DNA of 61,166 nt from Butyricicoccaceae bacterium. GTDB taxonomy: Bacteria; Bacillota; Clostridia; Oscillospirales; Oscillospiraceae. The position numbers were made by a program, and so were the translations under genes. The stretch spans positions 1 to 61,166 of the forward strand of contig CAVGKI010000001.1 of assembly GCA_963629655.1 (NCBI GenBank), in the 5' to 3' direction. Positions 44,285 through 52,887 of this stretch are shown piece after piece. The notes below the pieces were generated by a model. The model did no database searches and was not told the origin of the DNA. It saw only the letters and a list, made by a program, of their open reading frames with translations. Each line of letters starts with the position of its first letter. Position 1 is the stretch's first letter.

Positions 44285-46027
44285 ATGATAAAGCAGCTTT
44301 TGAAAAGCGTGCGAGAATACAAAAAGCCCACTGTTATCACTGTCATCCTCATGGTGTTCGAGGTCATCATCGAGGTCGTCATTCCCTTTATCACCGCCAA
44401 CCTCGTCAATGATATCAAGGCGGGCGCGGAAATGAGCGAGGTCGTGCACACGGGGCTCATCCTCGTCGCGATGAGCTTTGTGTCGCTCGGCTGCGGCTCT
44501 GCCGGCGGCTTCACCTCCGCCCGCGCCTCCTCCGGCTTTGCCAAAAACCTGCGCCATGACGTTTTCGCCAAGGTGCAGAGCTTCTCGTTTGAGAACATAG
44601 ATAAGTTTTCCACCGCGTCCCTCGTCACGCGCCTGACCACCGACATACAGAACGTGCAGTTTGCGTATATGCAGATTATCCGCACCGCGATACGCTCGCC
44701 GCTGATGCTCATATTCGCGATAGTCATGGCGTTTGCCATGGGCGGCAGGCTTGCGCTGACCTTCGTCATCGTCATTCCCCTGCTCGTCGTCGGTATGCTG
44801 CTCATCGCCAAGAAAGCGATGCCGGCGTTCCGCGCGGTGTTCAAGAAGTACGACAAGCTCAACGAATCCATCGAAGAGAACGTGCGCGCCATGCGCGTGG
44901 TCAAGAGCTTTGCACGCGAGGGCTATGAGAAGGAGAAGTTCGGCGCGGCATCGCGCAACATCTGCAAGGACTTCACCTATGCCGAGCGCGTCGTCGCGCT
45001 CAACGCCCCGCTGATGCAGGTGTGCATCTACTTTAACATGATCTTCATCCTCACCGTCGGCTCGAAGCTCATCGTCACGAGCGGCGGCACAACCATAGAT
45101 GTCGGGCAGATCTCCGCCATGCTGACCTACGGCTTCCAGATACTCATGAGCCTTATGATGCTCTCGATGATCTATGTTATCCTCACCATGTCCGCCGAAT
45201 CTGCCGAGCGTATAGGTGAGGTGCTGGCAGAGAAGCCCGCGCTGGCAAACCCCGAGAACCCCGTATACGACATTCCCGACGGCTCGATCGATTTTGACGG
45301 CGTGTCGTTCAAATACTCGCTCTCTGCGGAAAATTACACCCTGTCGAATATCAACCTGCACATTCCCTCCGGCACGACCGTCGGCATTCTCGGCGGCACG
45401 GGCTCGTCCAAGTCCACGCTTATCCAGCTTATCTCCCGCCTCTACGACGTGACCGAGGGCAGCGTGAAGGTCGGCGGGCACGATGTGCGCGAGTATGACC
45501 TTGCGTCGCTGCGCTCCGCCGTGGCTGTGGTGCTGCAAAAGAACACGCTCTTCTCCGGCACGATAAAGGAGAACCTCCGCTGGGGCAACCCGGACGCGAC
45601 GGATGAGGAGCTCGTCGAGGCTTGCCGCCTCGCGCAGGCGGACGATTTCGTCCGCTCGTTCCCCGACGGGTATGACACGTATATCGAGCAGGGCGGCACA
45701 AACGTCTCCGGCGGGCAGAAGCAGCGGCTGTGTATCGCCCGCGCGCTGCTGAAAAAGCCGAAGGTGCTTATCCTTGACGACTCCACCAGCGCCGTCGATA
45801 CGCGCACCGACGCGCTCATCCGCACGGGCTTTAGGGATTATATTCCCTCTACCACAAAGATAATCATTGCCCAGCGCTTCGCCTCCGTGCAGGATGCGGA
45901 CGTTATCCTCGTCATGGACAACGGCACGATTGCCGACATGGGCACGCATGATGAGCTTCTCGCGCGCAGCCCCATCTACCGCGAGGTCTATGAGCAGCAG
46001 ACGAACGGAGGTGAGGTCAGTGAATAA
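44285..46027 (+). CDS. ABC exporter half-transporter (TMD-NBD) with a degenerate catalytic site
   Basis: Six TM helices; Walker A GGTGSSKST; signature VSGGQKQR; Walker B ILILDD followed by S (the catalytic Glu position after Walker B is Asp). Confidence 0.88.
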   Translation: MIKQLLKSVREYKKPTVITVILMVFEVIIEVVIPFITANLVNDIKAGAEMSEVVHTGLILVAMSFVSLGCGSAGGFTSARASSGFAKNLRHDVFAKVQSFSFENIDKFSTASLVTRLTTDIQNVQFAYMQIIRTAIRSPLMLIFAIVMAFAMGGRLALTFVIVIPLLVVGMLLIAKKAMPAFRAVFKKYDKLNESIEENVRAMRVVKSFAREGYEKEKFGAASRNICKDFTYAERVVALNAPLMQVCIYFNMIFILTVGSKLIVTSGGTTIDVGQISAMLTYGFQILMSLMMLSMIYVILTMSAESAERIGEVLAEKPALANPENPVYDIPDGSIDFDGVSFKYSLSAENYTLSNINLHIPSGTTVGILGGTGSSKSTLIQLISRLYDVTEGSVKVGGHDVREYDLASLRSAVAVVLQKNTLFSGTIKENLRWGNPDATDEELVEACRLAQADDFVRSFPDGYDTYIEQGGTNVSGGQKQRLCIARALLKKPKVLILDDSTSAVDTRTDALIRTGFRDYIPSTTKIIIAQRFASVQDADVILVMDNGTIADMGTHDELLARSPIYREVYEQQTNGGEVSE

Positions 46028-47924
46028 GAAAAAAGCAGTGTCCGGCGCGGATCTTCGCGCGCTCGGACGCACGATAAAGAAATTCTTCGCATACTACCCC
46101 CGTCTCGCGCCGCTGACCGTCGCGTGCATTCTCTTCTCCGCCATCGTCAGCTCCATTCCGTCGCTGTTCGTGCAGAATGTGCTGACCGTCGTTGAAAAGT
46201 GGTACACCACCGGCGATTGGGCATCCGCCAAGGCGGAGATCGTCCCCTATCTCATACTGCTCGGCGTGCTGTACGTGCTGTCCGTCGCGGCTCAGACGTT
46301 CTATACCCAGCTTATGGCGATAATGACGCAGGGCTTTCTCGACAAGCTGCGCCGCGAGGTGTTCGGAGGGATGCAGGATCTGCCAATAAAATACTTCGAC
46401 ACGCATAAGCACGGCGATATAATGAGCTATTACACCAACGATATCGACACGCTTCGCCAGCTTATCTCTCAGGCGCTCCCCTCGCTCATCCAGTCGGGCG
46501 CTATCGTGCTGACGGTGTTTGCGATAATGCTGTACTTCTCCGTATGGCTGACGCTGGTGCTGGTGCTGGGCGTGGTGGCAATGGCTGTCGTGTCCAAGCG
46601 GATAGGCGGCGGCTCGGCGCGCTACTTCCTCGACGCGCAGAAATACGTCGCGCATACCGAGGGCTTCGTGCAGGAGATGATGAACGGGCAGAAGGTCATC
46701 AAGGTGTTCTGCCACGAAGCTCAGAGCATAGAGGACTTCGACCGGCTCAATGAGGAGCTGTATGCCGCAAGCTTCCGCGCCAACGCCTATGCCAACACTC
46801 TCGGTCCCATCATCGGCAACATCGGCAACGTGCTGTATGTCGTGCTCGCGCTCGTGGGCGGCGTATTCATGATCGCGGGTGTGCCGAATGTCAGCTTTTC
46901 CGGGCTTGCGTTCGACGTGACCATACTTGTGCCGTTTTTGAACATGGCAAAGCAGTTTACCGGCAACGTCAACCAGCTCTCGCAGCAGATAAACGCCGTC
47001 GTCATGGCGGCGGCGGGCGCGCAGCGCATTTTCACCCTCGTCGATCAGCCCCCCGAGGCGGATGGCGGCTACGTCACCCTCGTCAACGCCGACATTGCCC
47101 CCGACGGCACGGTGACCGAAACGCCGGAGCGCACCGGGCACTGGGCATGGCGGCATCCGCACGGTGACGGGACGCTCACCTATACCGAGCTTCGCGGCGA
47201 CGTGCGCATGGTGAATGTGGACTTCGCATACGAGGAGGGCAAGGACGTGCTGCACGATGTCAGCGTCTACGCCGAGCCGGGGCAGAAGGTCGCCTTTGTC
47301 GGCGCGACCGGCGCGGGCAAGACCACGATAACCAACCTCATCAACCGCTTTTACGACATTGCCGACGGCAAGATACGCTATGACGGCATAAACATCAACA
47401 AGATAAAGAAAGCCGACCTGCGCCGCTCGCTCGGCATCGTGCTTCAGGACACGAACCTCTTCACCGGCTCTGTCATGGAGAACATCCGCTACGGTCGTCT
47501 CGACGCGACGGATGAGGAGTGCATCGCGGCGGCAAAGCTCGCCGGTGCGGACGACTTTATCACCCGTCTGCCGCAGGGCTACGCCACGGAGCTGTCCGGC
47601 AACGGCGCAAACCTCTCTCAGGGACAGCGGCAGCTTATTGCCATCGCGCGCGCCGCTGTTGCCGACCCGCCCGTCATGATCCTCGACGAGGCGACAAGCT
47701 CCATCGACACGCGCACCGAGGCGATCGTCCAGCACGGCATGGACAAGCTCATGGAGGGGCGCACGGTGTTCGTCATCGCCCACCGGCTCTCCACCGTCAT
47801 GAACTCCGACGTTATCATGGTGCTCGACCACGGGCGCATCATCGAGCGCGGCAGCCATGCAAAGCTCATCGCCGAAAAGGGCGTGTACTATCAGCTTTAC
47901 ACCGGCGCGTTCGAGCTTGAATAA
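46020..47924 (+). CDS. ABC exporter half-transporter (TMD-NBD), canonical site; partner of the preceding gene
   Basis: GTG start at 46020 after GGAGGTGAGG, overlapping the upstream stop by 8 nt. Walker A GATGAGKTT; signature LSQGQRQL; Walker B MILDEATS. Confidence 0.88.
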   Translation: MNKKKAVSGADLRALGRTIKKFFAYYPRLAPLTVACILFSAIVSSIPSLFVQNVLTVVEKWYTTGDWASAKAEIVPYLILLGVLYVLSVAAQTFYTQLMAIMTQGFLDKLRREVFGGMQDLPIKYFDTHKHGDIMSYYTNDIDTLRQLISQALPSLIQSGAIVLTVFAIMLYFSVWLTLVLVLGVVAMAVVSKRIGGGSARYFLDAQKYVAHTEGFVQEMMNGQKVIKVFCHEAQSIEDFDRLNEELYAASFRANAYANTLGPIIGNIGNVLYVVLALVGGVFMIAGVPNVSFSGLAFDVTILVPFLNMAKQFTGNVNQLSQQINAVVMAAAGAQRIFTLVDQPPEADGGYVTLVNADIAPDGTVTETPERTGHWAWRHPHGDGTLTYTELRGDVRMVNVDFAYEEGKDVLHDVSVYAEPGQKVAFVGATGAGKTTITNLINRFYDIADGKIRYDGININKIKKADLRRSLGIVLQDTNLFTGSVMENIRYGRLDATDEECIAAAKLAGADDFITRLPQGYATELSGNGANLSQGQRQLIAIARAAVADPPVMILDEATSSIDTRTEAIVQHGMDKLMEGRTVFVIAHRLSTVMNSDVIMVLDHGRIIERGSHAKLIAEKGVYYQLYTGAFELE

Positions 47925-47948
47925 TACTATCATTCGATAGAAAACTTT

Positions 47949-47984
47949 CTCCCCTCTGCCTAAAACAGAGGGGAGATTTTTATT
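47949..47984 (+). terminator. Intrinsic terminator after the ABC exporter pair (part of a repeated element)
   Basis: ctcccctctg / cagaggggag stem followed by atttttatt. Confidence 0.7.
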
Positions 47985-48806
47985 GCAATATATTTCTATA
48001 TTTGCGCTTTTTTCACATTGTCTGACATTTATCACTTGATATTTGCAATGCGGCAAAGTATAATGATTTTGCATTAGAGCATTAAACCAAGTAATTTCAT
48101 GGGGGTATGAAAATGACAGGGAACGCGCAAAGCCGCTGCGGTGCGCGAGGCGGTGCCGTGCTTCTGGCGCTCAACGCCGTCTATCTTGAGCTGCTTCTGC
48201 GCCTGACGACGGATCAGGCGCTTTTTGCGCGCGGCTCGGCGGGCGGCATATGCACCGCGCTCGCCCTCGCGCTGCTTTTTGCCGCGCTGTGCAGCCTTTT
48301 GAAGAGCGAGCGCGCCGCGTGGCGCGCAAGCGTCGTCTGCGCCGCGCTTATGACAGTGTGGTTTCTCTTCTGCGCGCTTACATACGACGCATACAAGGTG
48401 TTCATGCCGCCGGATATTATTCTCAGTCAAGCCGGCAACGCCGCGCGCGACTTCGGAGGCAATGTCCGCAGCACGGTCTTGAAGAGTCTCCCTCTCATAT
48501 TGCTGTATTTTCTGCCCGTTATCGCGGCGCTGCCTATGCCGCGTATTCTCCGCCGCGGCGCGCATTCCGCCGCAAGAGCGCGCGGACGGCTGACACTGCG
48601 CCTTGCCGTATCAACGCTGGCGCTCGCCGCCGGCGGGTATCTCCTCTCCAACTGCACCGCCGCACTGCGCGCGGAATATTCCTCCTGCACCTATGACAGC
48701 GCGATAAAGGAGTACGGCGCGGTCACCGCCCTCGCCCGCGCCGCTTTCGGCGCGGACAGCGCGGACAGCTTTTCCGCCGCCGCGCCGCTTTTGTCCACAC
48801 CCTCCA

Positions 48807-48813
48807 CCCCCCC
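48807..48813 (+). repeat. Homopolymeric C7 tract at the frameshift point
   Basis: cacccccccat, read directly from the sequence. Confidence 0.95.
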
Positions 48814-50035
48814 ATATTGCCGGACAGCAATGGCGGCGTAGATGCCCCTGCTGACGCACAGGACACGGAGGCTGAGGAGCGCACGGACTACGGCTATAAC
48901 GTCATGGATATCGACTTTGCCGCGCACGAGACATCGAACGCAAAGCTCTCCTCGCTCAACGAGTACGTACAGCGCGTTGAGCCGACGCAGAAGAACAAGT
49001 ATACCGGGCTTTTCAACGGAAAGAACCTTATCCTCATCACGGCGGAGGCGTTCTCCAAGGAGGTCATCGACCCGGAGCGCACACCGACGCTCTACCGCCT
49101 TGCCACGCAGGGCATAGTGTTTGAGGACTTCTATCAGCCCGCTTGGGGCGGCAGCACCTCTACCGGGGAATATTCGTTTCTCACGGGGCTTGCGCCTGTT
49201 GACCCGATGGTGATGATGGCATCGCGCAGCAGGAATATGTACTTCACAATGGGCAATCAGCTCCATCGCCTCGGCTATAACTCCTTTGGCTACCACGACG
49301 GCACATACTCCTATTACTCCCGCAACCTCACCATTCCGAACATGGGGTATGACAGCTTTGTCGGCATCGGCAACGGCATGGAGAACGGACTGACCGGCGG
49401 GCTCTTCCCGGAGAGCGACAAGGAGATGATGGACTACACCGTCCCCATCTATATCGACGCGCAGCCGTTCAGCGTCTATTACATGACCATCAGCGGGCAT
49501 GCCAGCTATTCCTTTAAGGCGGATATCAACGATATGTCCGTGAAAAACCAAGCCGTCACCGAGGGGCTTGACTATTCCGAGCCGGTGTGCGCCTATCTCG
49601 CGGCAAATCAGGAGCTGGAATACGCGCTGGAAAGCCTCGTGTCACAGCTTGAGGACGCGGGCATTGCCGACGATACGGTTATCGCCCTCGTGCCTGACCA
49701 TTACCCCTACGGGCTGCTGCCGAGCAACGCGTGGGGCGGGCAGACCGGGCTTCTGGAGGAGCTTTACGGCGCTGAAGCCGACTCCTGCCGAGGGCGCGAC
49801 CACAACGCCGCCATCATATGGAGCGGCTGTCTGGAGGACGATGCGCCGATAACCGTCTCCAAGCCCGTCTCCAGCATTGACATTCTCCCCACGCTCTCCA
49901 ATCTCTTCGGTGTCGAGTATGACTCCCGTCTGCTCGCAGGGCGCGATGTGTTCTCCGGCGAGGAGGGGCTCGTGTTCTGGAACGACGGCTGCTGGCTGAC
50001 GAAGCACGGCTACTATGACACGCACGAGCGCGCGT

Positions 50036-50166
50036 TCACGCCGACCGAGGGCGCGGAGGAGGCGGATGAGGAGTATATAACGCGCGTGAGCGCCACTGTC
50101 GCCGACCGGCTCTCCCTCTCGCGCATTATTGAGAACGAGGACTACTACGGCTTCTTGTTCGACTAG
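50036..50166 (+). repeat. Direct repeat copy A (functional 3' end of the LtaS-like gene)
   Basis: 131 nt matching 51580-51709, with 6 substitutions and a 1-nt indel by manual alignment. Confidence 0.9.
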
Positions 50167-50178
50167 CCGTATACGCCA

Positions 50179-50209
50179 AAAGGCGCGCTGCCCGGTGCAG
50201 CGCGCCTTT
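50179..50209 (+). terminator. Hairpin after the LtaS-like gene
   Basis: aaaggcgcgctg / cagcgcgccttt 12-bp stem with only a short T-run. Confidence 0.5.
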
Positions 50210-50370
50210 CTCAAATAATTATACTATATTACTTATTCTTCTATCAGCTTTCTATACTATTGTTCGATAAGAAGCTTTAATAAGTAATGGTGCATCCCTC
50301 CCCTCTGCCGAAAGCAGAGGGGGGAGATTTTTATTGCAACTTATACTATTATATGCATACGGGCGAATGC

Positions 50371-51468
50371 TCATGCCGACGCTGCAATCTTTGCCCTCTG
50401 TTTTGCCGCAAGTGTGGTGCGCACACGGTCGCTTATGCACGAGGCGATGAGCGTTATCGCAATGATGCTGACAATGTACACCGCCCTTTGTACCGCGAAC
50501 GATACGGGCAGCGCCGTGCATATCGGCGTACACGCAAAAATGACCACGTAGTGGATAAGGAATATATCAGAGCTGATGTGTGAGATAAATGCTGTGAGCT
50601 TACAGGTAAGAAGCTTTGATATATACCCCTCGTTTGCCGCGAAGGTGTACACCAGCGCCGCAGACGCAGGGAGAAAAAGCGTCGTGCTGTTCACATTCAG
50701 CCAGAAGTTTTCAAAGCACAGCTCTGTGACGACGATGAGCGCTATCGCGCCCGCCTCCGCCGCCGTGGCGAGCAGAGGGGACACGGCATTCTCACGCCGC
50801 GTAAGGAACAGCTTTGCCATCAGGCAGCCCACCGCGAAATCCCCAAGTCGGAACACCGGGAACACATAGGTGAACCATTTGATAAAGTCCCGTATGCTGT
50901 TTTCGTCTGTAACAAAAGACACGTATATCCGCCCGGCAAATTCCGCGAGAGCGGCACGTCCGAGCCATATGGCGATCATGGCGAGCATCACAGCACGCCG
51001 AGTGCGGCACCTTTTCACCACGCGCAGCACCAGCGGCAGCATGAGATAAGAAAAGAGTATCGTCGATAGATACCACTCCGGGACATTATATGAAAAATAG
51101 AAGCTGTTTACGGGTATCCATGACTGCACAAGCAGCACGTTCGCCGCAATTTTGCCCAGCATAACCGGCAGAGATGTCAACCCGTTGAGTACGCCGTACA
51201 GTTCCGCGACGACGGGTATGACAAGCATGATAAGGCACATCGGATAGAGTTTTATGATCTTCCTGTACGCAAAGCGGGCGCACCTGCCGAGTGTAATATG
51301 GTCGGTATCCATACTCTCAAGATGGTTATACCCGGAGAGAAAGCCGGACATCACGAAAAAAGTCGATACACCGAGATCTCCAAGCAAACTCAGATACATA
51401 TGAAAAGTCATGATCCCAAGGCACGCAAACGTGCGCACGGCATCAAGCGATGTCAGTTTCTTCTTCAT
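50371..51468 (-). CDS. Acyltransferase family 3 (integral-membrane O-acyltransferase)
   Basis: MKKKLTSLDAVRTFACLGIMTFHM...GVSTFFVMSGFLSGY; about 10 TM helices; 365 aa. Confidence 0.85.
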   Translation of the reverse strand: MKKKLTSLDAVRTFACLGIMTFHMYLSLLGDLGVSTFFVMSGFLSGYNHLESMDTDHITLGRCARFAYRKIIKLYPMCLIMLVIPVVAELYGVLNGLTSLPVMLGKIAANVLLVQSWIPVNSFYFSYNVPEWYLSTILFSYLMLPLVLRVVKRCRTRRAVMLAMIAIWLGRAALAEFAGRIYVSFVTDENSIRDFIKWFTYVFPVFRLGDFAVGCLMAKLFLTRRENAVSPLLATAAEAGAIALIVVTELCFENFWLNVNSTTLFLPASAALVYTFAANEGYISKLLTCKLTAFISHISSDIFLIHYVVIFACTPICTALPVSFAVQRAVYIVSIIAITLIASCISDRVRTTLAAKQRAKIAASA

Positions 51469-51579
51469 GTTCTCTCCTTCGCATCAACAGTTCAAATTCA
51501 TGTCAATTATACCACCCACCGCGCCTATTTCGCAAGCCCTGTCGCGGCAGTCTTCGTGCGAAGCTGCTTTTCGACCGTA

Positions 51580-51709
51580 TCACGCCCACAGAGGGCGCGG
51601 AGGGGCGGATGAGGAGTATATAACTCGCGTGAGCGCCACGGTCGCCGATCGCCTCTCCCTCTCGCGCATTATTGAGAACGAGGACTACTACGGCTTCTTG
51701 TTCGACTAG
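51580..51709 (+). repeat. Direct repeat copy B: orphan remnant of the LtaS-like gene 3' end
   Basis: Encodes ...ADEEYITRVSATVADRLSLSRIIENEDYYGFLFD*, identical at protein level to the end of 48817-50166. Nothing upstream of it matches the gene. Confidence 0.9.
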
Positions 51710-51853
51710 AGGGTGCTGTCTCAAAATGCGAATTGCAAGAAAATATTTTCCATCTAAAGTTAGATAAAGTCGTGAAAATCCGATAAAAATCGGATTTTCA
51801 CGACTTTTTTGTTGGACTGATTTTTAGAAAATTCTATTTTGAGACAGCACCCT
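51710..51853. repeat. 144-bp nested palindromic element (18-bp perfect terminal inverted repeats enclosing a perfect terminator hairpin)
   Basis: agggtgctgtctcaaaat (51710-51727) and attttgagacagcaccct (51836-51853). The inner hairpin is gtcgtgaaaatccgat aaaa atcggattttcacgac plus tttttt. Confidence 0.85.
51769..51810 (+). terminator. Perfect 16-bp-stem intrinsic terminator inside the palindromic element
   Basis: gtcgtgaaaatccgat / atcggattttcacgac, loop aaaa, then tttttt. Confidence 0.8.
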
Positions 51854-51862
51854 TTTTCAAGC

Positions 51863-52867
51863 TTATTTCTCTATCAGCTTTCTCAGTATCTGCACCGCGT
51901 TTGCCGCCGCGCCCTTGCGTATCTGGTCGCCGCAGCACCACAGCGTCAGCCCGTTTGCGTCCGTCAGATCCTCGCGCACACGTCCGACCCACACAAGGTC
52001 TTGATTCGACGTGTCGAGCGGCGTGGGATAATTCCTGCCCTGATAGTCCTCAACAAGGCGCACGCCGGGGAAAGCGCGTATCGCGTCCTTCGCCTCCTCG
52101 ACGGATATTTTGCGCTCCGTGCGCAGCGTGACGGAGATGGAGTGCGAGCGCATGACGGGCACGCGCACACAGGTGCAGGTGACGGCAAGCTCCGGCGCGT
52201 GCAGTATGCGCCGCCCCTCGTTCTGCATCTTCATCTCCTCGTCGGTGTAGAGGTTGTCGAGCTCATCGCCGATGTGCGGGATAACGTTCATGGCGATCTG
52301 CGCGGGGAACACCTTCGGCTCGACCGCCTTGCCCTCCGCGAGTGCGAGCATCTGGCTCTCCAGCTCCACAAGCCCCGCCTGACCCGCACCGGACACCGCC
52401 TGATATGTGCACGCGATCATTGACTTTATTGGGCTTATTCTCGCCAGCGCCGCAACTGCCATCAGCGTGATTATCGAGGAGCAGTTCGGATTTGCGATAA
52501 TGCCCTTATTCTTGAATGCGTCCTCGCCGTTTATCTCCGGCACGACAAGCGGCACGTCGGGATCCATGCGAAACGCGGAGCTGTTGTCTATGTACACTGC
52601 GCCGCTCTTGACTATTGCGGGGGCAAAGCGGCGGGACATCGGGTTTTTCACCGCGCCGAGGACAAAATCCATGCCCTCGAAGCTGTCCTCCCGCGCCTCC
52701 TCTATCTTCACGTCCTCGCCCTTGAAGCGCACCGTGCCGCCCGCGCTCTTCGCGCTCGCCAGCGGCAAAAGCTTCCCCACGGGAATGTCGTACTCCTCCA
52801 GAACCTTCAGCATCTCCTGCCCGACTGCGCCCGTCGCGCCCAGTATTGCAACATTGTATTTTTTCAT
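51863..52867 (-). CDS. asd: Aspartate-semialdehyde dehydrogenase
   Basis: MKKYNVAILGATGAVGQEM...IANPNCSSI...; 334 aa. Confidence 0.93.
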   Translation of the reverse strand: MKKYNVAILGATGAVGQEMLKVLEEYDIPVGKLLPLASAKSAGGTVRFKGEDVKIEEAREDSFEGMDFVLGAVKNPMSRRFAPAIVKSGAVYIDNSSAFRMDPDVPLVVPEINGEDAFKNKGIIANPNCSSIITLMAVAALARISPIKSMIACTYQAVSGAGQAGLVELESQMLALAEGKAVEPKVFPAQIAMNVIPHIGDELDNLYTDEEMKMQNEGRRILHAPELAVTCTCVRVPVMRSHSISVTLRTERKISVEEAKDAIRAFPGVRLVEDYQGRNYPTPLDTSNQDLVWVGRVREDLTDANGLTLWCCGDQIRKGAAANAVQILRKLIEK

Positions 52868-52887
52868 TTTATATTCCTCCTGTTTTT

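Larger units (their letters stand above)
48107..50166 (+). pseudogene. LtaS-like (sulfatase/alkaline-phosphatase superfamily) polyglycerolphosphate-transferase-type gene, split by a frameshift in a C7 tract
   Basis: The N-terminal multi-TM part (48107-48841) and the extracellular sulfatase domain (48817-50166; GKNLILITAEAFS...GGSTSTGEYSFLTGLAP) are in different frames and overlap by 25 nt at the C7 run (48807-48813). One extra C fuses them into a roughly 686-aa protein. Confidence 0.8.

Noticed and set aside
51410-51709. A 99-aa ORF ending in the LtaS-like C-terminal peptide, considered as a separate small gene.
   Set aside because: Only the last ~35 codons match the LtaS-like gene. The upstream part is antisense to the acyltransferase 5' end and promoter region. 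It is best explained as a remnant created by the junction duplication.
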